A DNA stretch of 64,000 nucleotides from Candidatus Sulfotelmatobacter sp. (GCA_035710725.1 DASTCY010000038.1:7495-71494); one strand, 5' to 3'; counted from the first letter of the stretch, positions 41,545-50,869 are shown. Numbers and translations are program-made. The notes: generated by a model not told the origin, from the sequence alone.

Positions 41545-44016
41545 TTGACATTGCGGCTACCAATTGCAGACTGGCGCAAACGCGCTGTGGTTTGGGGCAC
41601 ATCGCTGATCCTGCTGACGACAGCACTGTGGGCGCAGGATCAGGCGAACGTCCCTGCGCAGCCGAAATACGCGGAAGTGGCGGCACGGCTGGAACAGTTG
41701 ATCCGCCGCGAAATGGACGAAAAACAGCTGCCGGCGTTCTCGATCGCACTGGTGGATGGCGATCAGACCGTCTGGGCCCAGGGATTCGGATATCAGGATC
41801 CGGACAAGAAAATTCTCGCCACAGCGCACACCGTCTATCGCGTAGGGTCGGTTTCGAAGTTGTTTACCGATATTGGCATCGTGCAGATGGTCGAGGCGGG
41901 AAAAATTAACCTGGATGCGCCAGTCGAGAAGTACATTCCCGACTTCCAGCCGAAGAATACATTCAAGAAGCCGATCACATTGCGTGAGTTGATGTCGCAC
42001 CGCTCGGGATTGCTGCGCGAGCCGCCGGTCGGCAGCTATTTCGATCCGACTGAACCTTCGTTGCAGGCGACCGTGCACAGCATGAACGAAACGGCGCTGG
42101 TGTATCCGCCGGGGACGAACACGAAGTATTCGAATGCGGGAATCGCAGTGGTGGGCTACACGCTGCAGCAGATGAATCAGCAGCCGTTTCCGGAATATCT
42201 GAAACAGGCCGTGCTACGCCCGCTAGGAATGAATGAGAGCGCGTTCGCGCCTGAGCCGGAGCTGATGAGGAATCTCGCCAAGGCGTACATGTGGAGTTAC
42301 GACGGCGTGGCGTTTCCGGCGCCGACGTTCGAACTGGGTCTGGCACCTGCCGGTTGCATGTACTCTACCGTGACCGATCTGGCGCAGTTCCTTACTGTGC
42401 TGTTCAACGGCGGGCGCGGACCAAAGGCGCAGGTGCTCAAGCCGGACACGCTGGAGCAGATGTGGACGCCACAATTTGCCAAGCCTGGCGAGAAAACTGG
42501 ATTCGGCCTGGGTTTTCGCATCGCGCAACTCGATGGTCATCGCGTGATCGGCCATGGCGGCGCTATCTATGGCTTCGCTACCGAAGTTGAAGGCTTGCCG
42601 GCAGACAAGCTTGGCGTGGCGACCGTCACGACCGAGGACGCGTCGAATGCGGTTGCCAATGCGATCGCAAAAGAAGCGCTGCAGTTGATGCTGGCCCTGC
42701 GCGAGGGAAAGCCGCTGCCACAATTCGAAACGAGTGCTCCTGTTCCGATTGAGACTGCGCAGAAGCTCGCCGGTCGCTACGGCGAGGGCGGCGATGCGGT
42801 GGATTTGATCGACCGCGCCGGAACACTGAACTTACTTTCGGCGAAGGGCGGATTCGAGTCTCAGCTGAGAATGTTCGGAGATACGCTGGTCCCGGATGGA
42901 CGGTTGGATGAAGACTTCAACACGAAAATTGTTCCCGGCGAAGGTAGTATTCGCGTCGGCGAGAAATTACTGCACAAAGTGGACCTACCGCGGCCGGCGC
43001 CTGCATCCGCGGCCTTCCTTGGCTTGATTGGCGAATACGGCTGGGACCACGACATCCTCTACGTGTTCGAAAAAGACGGGAAGCTAAACGTTCTGATCGA
43101 GTGGTTCGAATACGACCCGCTGGAACAAGTCTCGGATAGCACGTTCAAGTTTCCTGAACGTGGACTTTATCAAGGCGAGACGGCGGTATTCACGCGCGAT
43201 AGGAGCGGACGGGCGACCGAGGTGAAGATCGGCGAAGTTGTCTTTAAGCGCCGGGAGAAAACGGAAGAGCAGACCGAGCTTCAGGTGCATCCAACGCAGT
43301 CTGTTGCGGAACTTCGGCAGCAGGCTTTGGCCGCGACTCCGCCCGCGGAGGAGAAAGCGCTGCGCCCCGCAGATCTGGTGGACCTGACGACCGTCGATCC
43401 CACGATCAAGCTCGACGTCCGCTATGCCACTTCGCATAATTTTCTGGGCACGCCCGTGTACGAGCAGGCGAAGGCCTACCTGCAGAGACCGGCAGCGGAA
43501 GCACTGGGACGCGCGGCAGCGAAGCTAGAAAAGCTCGGCTACGGTTTGCTCATTCACGACGCGTATCGTCCCTGGTATGTCACGAAGATTTTTTGGGATG
43601 CGACGCCGGCCGACAAGAAGATTTTCGTCGCCGATCCGAAAGAGGGTTCGCGACACAATCGCGGCTGCGCCGTTGATCTGACGCTGTATGAGCTGAAAAC
43701 CGGGGCGGAGGTTCCCATGACCGGAAACTATGACGAGATGTCGGAACGCTCATACGCGTCGTATCCCGGCGGAACGTCTTTGCAACGTTGGGATCGAGCG
43801 CTGCTTCGGAATGCGCTGGAGGCGGAGGGATTCACGGTCTATCCCTTCGAGTGGTGGCATTTCGACTACAAGGATTGGCAGCAGTATCCAGTATTGAATC
43901 TCACATTCGAACAACTATCGCACACGTCCACTCAGAGTTCTGTTCCGCAATTCGCCCCGCAGTTCTTTCGGCACGGGGCGCTCGCATCCGCACTGCAGGC
44001 GAGACCTGGATTCTAA
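41545..44016 (+). CDS. fusion protein: beta-lactamase-fold serine hydrolase + middle domain + VanX/DdpX-type D-Ala-D-Ala dipeptidase (M15D)
   Basis: ORF 41434-44016. The likely start is TTG 41545 (GGGAGA 6 nt upstream), giving a signal peptide ...AVVWGTSLILLTTALWAQ. N-domain SVSKLF (SxxK) and YSNAG (YxN). C-domain SRHNRGCAVDL (SxHxxGxAxD) and FEWWHFDY (ExxH), the VanX zinc-dipeptidase signatures. Confidence 0.8.
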   Translation: MTLRLPIADWRKRAVVWGTSLILLTTALWAQDQANVPAQPKYAEVAARLEQLIRREMDEKQLPAFSIALVDGDQTVWAQGFGYQDPDKKILATAHTVYRVGSVSKLFTDIGIVQMVEAGKINLDAPVEKYIPDFQPKNTFKKPITLRELMSHRSGLLREPPVGSYFDPTEPSLQATVHSMNETALVYPPGTNTKYSNAGIAVVGYTLQQMNQQPFPEYLKQAVLRPLGMNESAFAPEPELMRNLAKAYMWSYDGVAFPAPTFELGLAPAGCMYSTVTDLAQFLTVLFNGGRGPKAQVLKPDTLEQMWTPQFAKPGEKTGFGLGFRIAQLDGHRVIGHGGAIYGFATEVEGLPADKLGVATVTTEDASNAVANAIAKEALQLMLALREGKPLPQFETSAPVPIETAQKLAGRYGEGGDAVDLIDRAGTLNLLSAKGGFESQLRMFGDTLVPDGRLDEDFNTKIVPGEGSIRVGEKLLHKVDLPRPAPASAAFLGLIGEYGWDHDILYVFEKDGKLNVLIEWFEYDPLEQVSDSTFKFPERGLYQGETAVFTRDRSGRATEVKIGEVVFKRREKTEEQTELQVHPTQSVAELRQQALAATPPAEEKALRPADLVDLTTVDPTIKLDVRYATSHNFLGTPVYEQAKAYLQRPAAEALGRAAAKLEKLGYGLLIHDAYRPWYVTKIFWDATPADKKIFVADPKEGSRHNRGCAVDLTLYELKTGAEVPMTGNYDEMSERSYASYPGGTSLQRWDRALLRNALEAEGFTVYPFEWWHFDYKDWQQYPVLNLTFEQLSHTSTQSSVPQFAPQFFRHGALASALQARPGF

Positions 44017-44081
44017 TTCAGTCCGCAAGAGTTGCTCTTCGAAACCGGAAGCGGTGCTGCATATCAGGATGTGTATAGACC

Positions 44082-46829
44082 TTACTCGGTCCGCAGTGAT
44101 TGCAGCGGGTCAACCCGGCTGGCCCGGAGTGCCGGGATCAAACCTGCTACGCATGCAACTAACGCGAGCGCCAGCGTCGAAGATACTAAGGTTAGCGGGT
44201 CGTGTGGCCCCAGTCCGAATACTTGGCTGCGAACCAAGGTGCTGAGTGCAAGGGCAAGTGGAACGCCTACGGCGAGACCTGCCGCGATCAAGATCAAGAC
44301 ATCGCGCATAACCAGCCAAATGACATCACGTTGCAAAGCGCCGAGCGCGACCCTGAGGCCGAATTCGCGCGTTCGACGCGTAACTGTGTATGCCATGACT
44401 CCATAAAGCCCGATGGCCGCAAGCACAGTGGCAAGTCCGCCGAATATCGCAGAGAGGCTGGCCACCAGTCGCTCGGTCCGCAGCGAGAATCCAATCTGTT
44501 CGTTGACGGTTTGCAGTCCGACGACCGGAACGTGCGGGTCGAACTGCCGCATGCGTTCGAGAAGTTGATCCTCGATCTGGCGCGGATCGCCCTGCGTGCG
44601 CAAATAAATATTCACGAAGCGGAAATGCGGGCCCTGGAAGTACGGGAAGTAGGCTTGCGCCGGAGGAGTCTCACGCAGATCTCTGTATTTCCTGTCCGGA
44701 ATCACCCCAATTACCTCAATATCCGGTTTGACTGGCTGCATGTCGTTCACTAGCCCGAAGCGCTGCCCGATCGGTTCTCGGCCAGGGAAGTATTTTCTGG
44801 CGAAGCTCTCGTTGATCACAGCGTATGCGTATTCGTTCGACCCTCTCCGGTCCACATCATCCTGCAGAGTAAAGGGACGCCCGGCGATGATAGGAATTCC
44901 AAGCGTGGCAAAGTAGTCGGGGCCAACCTCGCTGAGAATCGGCTGTTGCTCGATCGGCACTCCTTCGAAATCCTTGCCGACGATCGCATTCTGCCATGCA
45001 TAGCCCTTCAGGATCGGCATGGTCGAGAGTCCAACCGATGTAATACCGGGCATGGTTTGCAGGTTCAGGTTCAGCCGTTCAAAGAACGATTTGGTTTGTT
45101 CGTCGGAGTATCCGTTGAGCGAAGGGTCGATTGTGAATGTAAGAAGATGATCGGTGGGGAACCCGGGCCCCAGGTTCTCGAGGTTGCGCAAAGTGCGAAC
45201 GAAAAGGCCTGCACCAACCAGCAGCAGGAGCGACAATGCGACCTGAATGCCGACCAGCATGCGGCGAAGAGAAATGCCGCCGGATGAGAGCGCGCCGGAC
45301 CTGTCTTTGAGCGAGAGCGTAATTTCAGTGCGCGAGCCGCGAACGGCGGGCATAAGTCCAAAGACCAGTGAGGTCAGCAGCATCGCTCCCACAGCGAAGG
45401 CCAACACTCGTCCATCGGGAATAGGAGAGACAACAAACTCGGCGGCCGCATCCGCAGGCAGATAGATGCGTAGCAAGACCCGATCCGCCAGAAAGGCCAG
45501 CGCCAGTCCCACGACTGCTCCCGCGGCTGAGAGGAGCAGACTTTCGACGAGCAACTGGCAAACGATGCGGGCGCGACCAGCCCCGATGGCCAGCCGAACG
45601 GCGAACTCCCTTTCTCGTGCTGTGGCGCGCGCCAGCAGCAGATTCGCCAGGTTGGCACAGGCAAGAAGAAGCACCGCTCCGGTGAGTGCCACCAAAAGCC
45701 ATAGCGGTCGGCGCATATACTCCCGGAGTTTGTTTTCCGAGCCCGGCAAGAGCTCAATGCGATTACGGAGAAACAGTTCCCGATCCGCAGCCGTCGCGGA
45801 TCTGGTAAATTCTGGCTGCTGCGCCTCCATTTCGAGAATGCCGTGCAACAGCGGCTGCAGCGAAACTTGCGCTTGCTGCGGGCTGACGCCGGGGTTCAGG
45901 CGCCCGTACGCCGTGACCCAGCTCAGCCGGCGACGGCGGTCCTTGAGCCCGTCCGAGTGCGGCGTCATCTCCGTCTTCATCGTGATGGGAACGAAAACCT
46001 TCGCGGGTGCTCCCAGTACCACTCCGTCGAAACCTGGCTGCGCCACTCCGATAACGGTCATCGGGTGACTGTTGAGCACAATGGTTTGTCCGACAATTTT
46101 GCGGTCACCGTTGAAGTAGCTCTGCCAGAAGCTGTAGCTGAGTACCACGACCGGACTGCTGTCGGGAACGGCGTCGTCGTCCGGAGCAATGGTGCGGCCC
46201 AGTGCCGCTCCGATGCCCAGGGTCGGAAAATATAAGCCAGAGACCAACTCCGCGGGTATTTGCGCTGCTCGATCACCGCCGATCGTTACTGAGGCTGGGA
46301 ATCGGCAGAACATCCCGGAGAACACTTGATTGTGGTCGCGCAAATCTTCAAACATCGGCCAGGAAATCGTGTTGGGGCCATAACTGTTGCCGTAATGGTT
46401 GCCGGTCTCTCGGACGATTACAAGCTGCTCTGGATGACTGACGGGCAAGAGCCGCAAGACGACCTGATCCAGTAAGCTGAACATCGCCGTGTTCGCGCCG
46501 ATACCCAAGGCGAGGGTTAACACGGCTACGGCAGTGAAAAGTGGGCCTTTCCGGAGCGCGCGAAAGCCGTAGCGCAGATCCTGTCCAAGTTGATCGACCC
46601 TGCCCCAGCCCCACGTGTCCATCGTCTTCTCCTTCAGCAGGGTGCGGTTGCCGAAAGTTCGCATGGCGGCATGACGAGCTTCTTCCGGACTCATCCCGGC
46701 CAACACATACTCGGCGGTCTGCTGGTCTAAATGAAACTGGATTTCGTCATCCAACTGGTCGGTGATTCGGCGACACGAGAACAGCGTTTTTGACTGCAGG
46801 CAAATTCGTCGAAGCCACAACATAGACAT
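44082..46829 (-). CDS. ADOP-type duplicated FtsX/MacB-like permease
   Basis: 915 aa with two MacB-type periplasmic-domain + FtsX 4-TM halves. N-terminal helix DDEIQFHLDQQTAEYVLAGMSPEEARHAAMRTFGN is typical of this family. Sits 6 nt downstream of a PadR gene. Confidence 0.85.
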   Translation of the reverse strand: MSMLWLRRICLQSKTLFSCRRITDQLDDEIQFHLDQQTAEYVLAGMSPEEARHAAMRTFGNRTLLKEKTMDTWGWGRVDQLGQDLRYGFRALRKGPLFTAVAVLTLALGIGANTAMFSLLDQVVLRLLPVSHPEQLVIVRETGNHYGNSYGPNTISWPMFEDLRDHNQVFSGMFCRFPASVTIGGDRAAQIPAELVSGLYFPTLGIGAALGRTIAPDDDAVPDSSPVVVLSYSFWQSYFNGDRKIVGQTIVLNSHPMTVIGVAQPGFDGVVLGAPAKVFVPITMKTEMTPHSDGLKDRRRRLSWVTAYGRLNPGVSPQQAQVSLQPLLHGILEMEAQQPEFTRSATAADRELFLRNRIELLPGSENKLREYMRRPLWLLVALTGAVLLLACANLANLLLARATAREREFAVRLAIGAGRARIVCQLLVESLLLSAAGAVVGLALAFLADRVLLRIYLPADAAAEFVVSPIPDGRVLAFAVGAMLLTSLVFGLMPAVRGSRTEITLSLKDRSGALSSGGISLRRMLVGIQVALSLLLLVGAGLFVRTLRNLENLGPGFPTDHLLTFTIDPSLNGYSDEQTKSFFERLNLNLQTMPGITSVGLSTMPILKGYAWQNAIVGKDFEGVPIEQQPILSEVGPDYFATLGIPIIAGRPFTLQDDVDRRGSNEYAYAVINESFARKYFPGREPIGQRFGLVNDMQPVKPDIEVIGVIPDRKYRDLRETPPAQAYFPYFQGPHFRFVNIYLRTQGDPRQIEDQLLERMRQFDPHVPVVGLQTVNEQIGFSLRTERLVASLSAIFGGLATVLAAIGLYGVMAYTVTRRTREFGLRVALGALQRDVIWLVMRDVLILIAAGLAVGVPLALALSTLVRSQVFGLGPHDPLTLVSSTLALALVACVAGLIPALRASRVDPLQSLRTE

Positions 46830-46835
46830 CGCTCC

Positions 46836-47165
46836 CTAAGCCGATTGGATCACCAGATTGATCGCGCCGGAGAGGCGATCCCAATTGGCAGCTTCCTTCT
46901 CGAGTTGCGCTCTCCCTGCGGCAGTCAGCGAATAGTATTTGGCTTTTCGCCCTGTATCGCTTTCCATCCATTTCGCTTTGACCCACGCCTTTTGTTCGAG
47001 TCGATGCAGAGCTGGGTACAGCGAGCCCTGCTGAACTTGCAGCACGTCACCGGAGATTTGTTGAATTCGCTTTGCGATTGCCCACCCGTGCTTGGGCTCA
47101 AGCGAGATGGTCTTGAGGATCAGGAGATCGAGCATTCCTTGTACAAGGTCGTTAGGCTTTCCCAT
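46836..47165 (-). CDS. PadR-family transcriptional regulator
   Basis: 109 aa. Winged-helix LDLLILKTISLEPKHGWAIAKRIQQISGDVLQVQQGSLYPALHRLEQKAWV. Confidence 0.9.
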   Translation of the reverse strand: MGKPNDLVQGMLDLLILKTISLEPKHGWAIAKRIQQISGDVLQVQQGSLYPALHRLEQKAWVKAKWMESDTGRKAKYYSLTAAGRAQLEKEAANWDRLSGAINLVIQSA

Positions 47166-47169
47166 ACTA

Positions 47170-47202
47170 TGACTATCTACAACAATGATTGTCGATAGTC
47201 AA
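47170..47202 (-). promoter_or_regulatory. padR promoter TTGACT-17-TAGATA with overlapping inverted repeat TGACTATC-N16-GATAGTCA; near-leaderless
   Basis: Minus-strand -35 at 47202-47197 and -10 at 47179-47174. The 8-bp perfect arms at 47170-47177 and 47194-47201 cover both boxes. Only 8 nt separate the -10 box from ATG 47165, and there is no SD. Confidence 0.45.
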
Positions 47203-47276
47203 GGCATCGATAGAAGGATCGCAGAATCTTTGCCAAGTCGGATGGGTGCGGGACTTGCTAAAAGGAAAGACTTTCT

Positions 47277-47312
47277 TGATTGCGGGGTAGATTTGAGCCA
47301 CCGACCTTTGGG
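47277..47312 (-). pseudogene. decayed copy of the 3' half of the tRNA-Met gene (att-like direct repeat)
   Basis: The plus strand reads TGATTGCGGGG--TAGATTTGAGCCACCGACCTTTGGG here. The tRNA gene at 57046-57083 reads TGGTTGCGGGGGGTGGATTTGAACCACCGACCTTTGGG. Over 57048-57083 I count 31 matches in 36 aligned columns (3 mismatches, 2-nt gap), in the same orientation. The T-stem is disrupted (GGTGG/CTACC) and the anticodon loop is not preserved. Similarity is weak further 5'. Confidence 0.75.
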
Positions 47313-47483
47313 CGGTCCCCAACAGAAGCTGGGGCAGATTCACCCGACGGCCCTCGAGTGTGAAGTTGAGCTTTAAGATCGGAACAACACGAACATCTTC
47401 CCTAGCGCAGCACAGGAACTTGTTGCGCTACGGTCAGGAGCCCGTCGCATCACGTGACTCCCAAGGACGCATTCCGTCCGAAT

Positions 47484-47744
47484 TTATGCCCGTGCTCGTC
47501 CGCCTCGCACCGCGTGATACACGACCAAGACCAGGACAGCCCCAACAACAGCAACAATAAGGCTATACAGGTTTACCCCACTGACGCCGCTGGCTCCGAA
47601 GAGGCTGAACACCCAGCCCCCAACTACTGCGCCAACGATTCCCAGCACGATATCCAGGAATATCCCTTCGCCAGTCTTGTTCACTAGCTTGCTGCCGATG
47701 AACCCAGCAATCAATCCCAACACGATCCATGCCAAAATCGACAT
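47484..47744 (-). CDS. GlsB/YeaQ/YmgE-family small stress membrane protein
   Basis: ORF 47484-47783 trimmed to ATG 47744 (AAGGAG upstream). MSILAWIVLGLIAGFIGSKLV...GIVGAVVGGWVF is the family pattern. Confidence 0.85.
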   Translation of the reverse strand: MSILAWIVLGLIAGFIGSKLVNKTGEGIFLDIVLGIVGAVVGGWVFSLFGASGVSGVNLYSLIVAVVGAVLVLVVYHAVRGGRARA

Positions 47745-47919
47745 AATCCGTCTCCTTGTTTGTTTAACGGTTCCTTGTCGCATCCAATTTAAGAAACTTG
47801 GCGCAGACCCGAGGTGCCCCCGGTTTCGGAGGCAACCCCGGTTTCGTGACTCTCAAGCAGCATTGCTGTATGCATTTGAGCCGTGCTGCTTGACCATTTT
47901 GTAAACGCACTGCGTGGTT

Positions 47920-48480
47920 TCAGGCCACTTCACGAACGCGGGCCTTTTCGTTCTTGTCGGCCGTGGCTTCGCCGGTGGAGGACACATCCTGGGCGCCAGT
48001 GCGTTCCAAGATTTCCTTTGCTCTCTTGGTCCAGGTGGAATCGTCAGAATGAACTGACAGGAGAATACCGCCATCTTTGACGCGTCCTTCGTAGCGTTTG
48101 GCTTCGTACTCGGGGATTCCCATGCCGATTAGAGCACCCGTAAGCCCACCGACTGCTCCGCCGACTCCCGCTCCGGCAAGAGCTGCCATGATGGGCCCTG
48201 CAGCGATGAATGGCCCAAGTCCCGGAATAGCGAGGGCACCGATACCGAGCAACCATCCCAAACCGCCGCCTAAGAGCGCGCCAGTTCCGGCACCGGTTGT
48301 GGCACCTTCCGGCGCTTTGGTATTTTTCTCGTGAGCAAAATCCTTTGTGCCAGCGCCCTCGGGAAGAAGTACTGAAATATCTGAATTGCGAAAGTTGGCG
48401 GCTTTCAGTGCGTCCACCGCATTCTCGGTACTGGTTCGATCCGGATAAATGCCAAATACTGCTGTGTTCCGTCCTGCCAT
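47920..48480 (-). CDS. general-stress protein with YflT-like N-domain and glycine-zipper membrane segment
   Basis: ORF trimmed to ATG 48480 (AGGAGA upstream). N-terminus AVFGIYPDRTSTENAVDALKAANFRNSDISVL, central GGGLGWLLGIGALAIPGLGPFIAAGPIMAALAGAGVGGAVGG, C-terminal IPEYEAKRYEGRVKDGGILLSVH. Confidence 0.65.
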   Translation of the reverse strand: MAGRNTAVFGIYPDRTSTENAVDALKAANFRNSDISVLLPEGAGTKDFAHEKNTKAPEGATTGAGTGALLGGGLGWLLGIGALAIPGLGPFIAAGPIMAALAGAGVGGAVGGLTGALIGMGIPEYEAKRYEGRVKDGGILLSVHSDDSTWTKRAKEILERTGAQDVSSTGEATADKNEKARVREVA

Positions 48481-48509
48481 TTTGATTCTCCTTTTTTTTT
48501 CTTGCAAGT

Positions 48510-48929
48510 CTATTGTTGCGGTTTGATGCGCAGTTCGCTGGTGACCTTGCCGTTGCCGGCTACTTCAGCAGCCTTGGTTTCAATTGCTTTCTTCTCGTCC
48601 TCTGATCGCACCGGCCCCTTGAGGGTTACCTGACCGTCCTGCGTAACGACCTTGACGTTGTGCGCATAGGTGGAGAGCGACTTGTCTTTCATGATGGATT
48701 GTCGAATCTGCTGCGTGATATCGCGATCAGAACGATTTTCCTTTTGCTGATCTGCGGTCGGCTCGTTCTGGCTCATATCCCGCTCGTTGACCTTTGTGTT
48801 GTCAGGCGCGGGAGAGGTCTGTTGGGTCGAAGGTTCTTGCGCAGATGCAAGTGCTCCGGTCCCAAGTAGCAGACCAGCACACAGGAGACTGCGAACGGCA
48901 TTTCTACAAACAGCTTTCATCATCATCAT
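48510..48929 (-). CDS. BON-domain protein, exported
   Basis: 139 aa. Signal peptide LLCAGLLLGTGALASAQE. BON-like YAHNVKVVTQDGQVTLKGPVRSEDEKKAIETKAAEVAG. Confidence 0.8.
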   Translation of the reverse strand: MMMMKAVCRNAVRSLLCAGLLLGTGALASAQEPSTQQTSPAPDNTKVNERDMSQNEPTADQQKENRSDRDITQQIRQSIMKDKSLSTYAHNVKVVTQDGQVTLKGPVRSEDEKKAIETKAAEVAGNGKVTSELRIKPQQ

Positions 48930-49000
48930 TTCCTCCTGAACAGCGTTTCGAAAACTCGAAGCGTTCGAGTGCTCCCGAACGCCCCGGAAAGAGAATTCGT

Positions 49001-49963
49001 TTAAGGATTCTGAATAGTCAGTTGGTCTTGGACTTCACGTTCGCCGGCATACGATCTGGCGATTCGAACTGCTTTGTCACGGTCATCAGTACTGACCACA
49101 GATCCGGACAGTTTCACCGCATCGGCCGACAGAGTGACCTGGATGTCCTTGCTTTCCAGACCGGGCTCGCTCTTGAGCTTTTCTTCAATTGCGGTCTTGG
49201 CTTCCCTAGAACTCAAGGCCTCATTCTGTGTGCCAGTTTGGTGCGCTTCAGTGCGGCGGCCAGACGCTTCAGCGACGTTTGCTTCCGTGCCATACTTTTT
49301 CACCGTCGCCAGAAATTTGTGCGAACCTTCGGGAGCTTTCACTTGCCCCTTCAGGATTTCAGCGGACGGAATCATCCGCCCGTACAGAATGCGGGTTCCG
49401 TCTTTGTCTTGCGTGATCGAAGCCCCGTTCACGGTAACTCCGGCAAATGCGCCACGCGCACGCGAGTACGTAAGGACTTCGGCGCGCATCTTCCAATCGG
49501 TTTCGCCTTCCACATGCCGTCCGACTGGTCCGGCTGCAGCGGAGGCGTCAGCGCCGATCTTGAATTTGCTGGAAAGCATTTTCTCCATTCCGTTGTCGTT
49601 CATCACCAGCATGACCACGTCTACCGCTTCGCCGCCGATCTGAAATCCCCAGCTACCTCCAGTGACAGAGAAAGGAGCTGGAGCGCTCCATCCGGAACTG
49701 GTGCGGCAAACTGCGATTCCTCTTCCGTGGCGCCCTCCGAAGACGAAACCTATTTTGACCATCGACGGTATGACCGCGACGCACTTAGCCGAATCGAGGA
49801 GTTCTTCAGGAATCCCCTTGTCCGGAGTGCCCATGATTTCGTCTAATACGGTTGCGGCGGCGTCCATTCGCTTGACTTGCTCCGATGGTTCTTCCGCCGC
49901 GACGGCCATCGTGCTTGCCAAGAAAGTGGCTGCAATCACTGCCAATATCCCTTTCAATCTCAT
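49001..49963 (-). CDS. SYLF (Ysc84/DUF500) lipid-binding domain protein with C-terminal BON domain, exported
   Basis: ORF 49001-50224 trimmed to ATG 49963 (AGAAGGA upstream; 49972 is an alternative). Signal MRLKGILAVIAATFLASTMAVAA. SYLF core CVAVIPSMVKIGFVFGGRHGRGIAVCR...GGSWGFQIGGEAVDVVMLVMN. BON tail IQVTLSADAVKLSGSVVSTDDRDKAVRIA. Confidence 0.8.
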   Translation of the reverse strand: MRLKGILAVIAATFLASTMAVAAEEPSEQVKRMDAAATVLDEIMGTPDKGIPEELLDSAKCVAVIPSMVKIGFVFGGRHGRGIAVCRTSSGWSAPAPFSVTGGSWGFQIGGEAVDVVMLVMNDNGMEKMLSSKFKIGADASAAAGPVGRHVEGETDWKMRAEVLTYSRARGAFAGVTVNGASITQDKDGTRILYGRMIPSAEILKGQVKAPEGSHKFLATVKKYGTEANVAEASGRRTEAHQTGTQNEALSSREAKTAIEEKLKSEPGLESKDIQVTLSADAVKLSGSVVSTDDRDKAVRIARSYAGEREVQDQLTIQNP

Positions 49964-50384
49964 TGCAAACATCCTTCTGCGCCATTTCGGCGCGATTCGA
50001 AGTCGCAGTGAGTTGAACTCACGCGACCAGGTACCTTGTAGTGATTGGAGAGTTGCGGATCGCCAACCGACATCAGTGTCGATTCCTACCCGAGAAGCAG
50101 GACAGGAATGATAAGGAAGCCCGGACTCAACAATATGGCAAAGGTCCGAGCGAAGATATCGGCACCAAGCTGTACGAAAGCCCTGGGAAAGACGTAGAGG
50201 TTCTCGTAAAGCCGCGGCAGGCACCCACCCAATCGCTAGTGGTTCCTGAGTAGCCGAAAAAATGGCTTGGATGGGACCGGGATTGGCAGCTCCTCTGGGA
50301 TTCGAGCAATTGTGATCAGACGCGTGGTGCTGAGAACCGTATCATCAGGTCCTGGATCTTCTTTACTTTTCGAGGCGGCCGCCC

Positions 50385-50669
50385 ATGAGAAAACAGTACC
50401 TTCACCTCTCCGCATATCCGTGTGACAAGTGTCAGGGCCCGGTGGTTTCGGGCTCGCTTGGGGTTCGCGAGAATGTAATCTCGAAAGAGACCGATATCAG
50501 GCAAGTGGGAGCAAGTTGCCTTTCGTGCGGACATCGGCAACCAAGTGCAACCGGAATGGTCACCGTCCGCCATTTTTCGCCAGTGGAGTGGGAAACTTCG
50601 GATGCGATCGATCTTCGTAATCTGAAGGCCGCTTTTGTGGAGGCGCTAAACCGTGCGGACCTGCACTGA
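50385..50669 (+). CDS. small hypothetical protein with two CxxC pairs (zinc-ribbon-like)
   Basis: 94 aa. CDKC ... CLSC. Weak SD (GAGG, 9-nt spacer). First of three tightly packed small ORFs. Confidence 0.4.
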   Translation: MRKQYLHLSAYPCDKCQGPVVSGSLGVRENVISKETDIRQVGASCLSCGHRQPSATGMVTVRHFSPVEWETSDAIDLRNLKAAFVEALNRADLH

Positions 50670-50675
50670 GCCGAC

Positions 50676-50861
50676 ATGGCTGGGACTCGCATCATTCCGG
50701 TATTGCAGGACTCGACGACATTTTGCCGAATGGTATTCCACGGCAACGTGATCCTGGTGGAGAGGGCGCAATTGCTCCGGCAAAACGACGCTGGGCGCCT
50801 AATTTGTGGAAGATCGGTAAGTGAAGCTATCCAAACCGCGAAGCCTCACTTGGCCGTGTAA
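50676..50861 (+). CDS. small hypothetical protein (61 aa)
   Basis: Starts 6 nt after the previous stop and ends 8 nt before the next ATG. No clear SD. Supported mainly by the tight packing. Confidence 0.3.
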   Translation: MAGTRIIPVLQDSTTFCRMVFHGNVILVERAQLLRQNDAGRLICGRSVSEAIQTAKPHLAV

Positions 50862-50869
50862 GGAGAAAT

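Noticed and set aside
47341-47560. ORFs 47185-47376 and 47360-47560 between padR and glsB
   Set aside because: They cross the promoter/operator and the tRNA remnant, or overlap the glsB 3' end. No SD. Likely noncoding island-boundary DNA.
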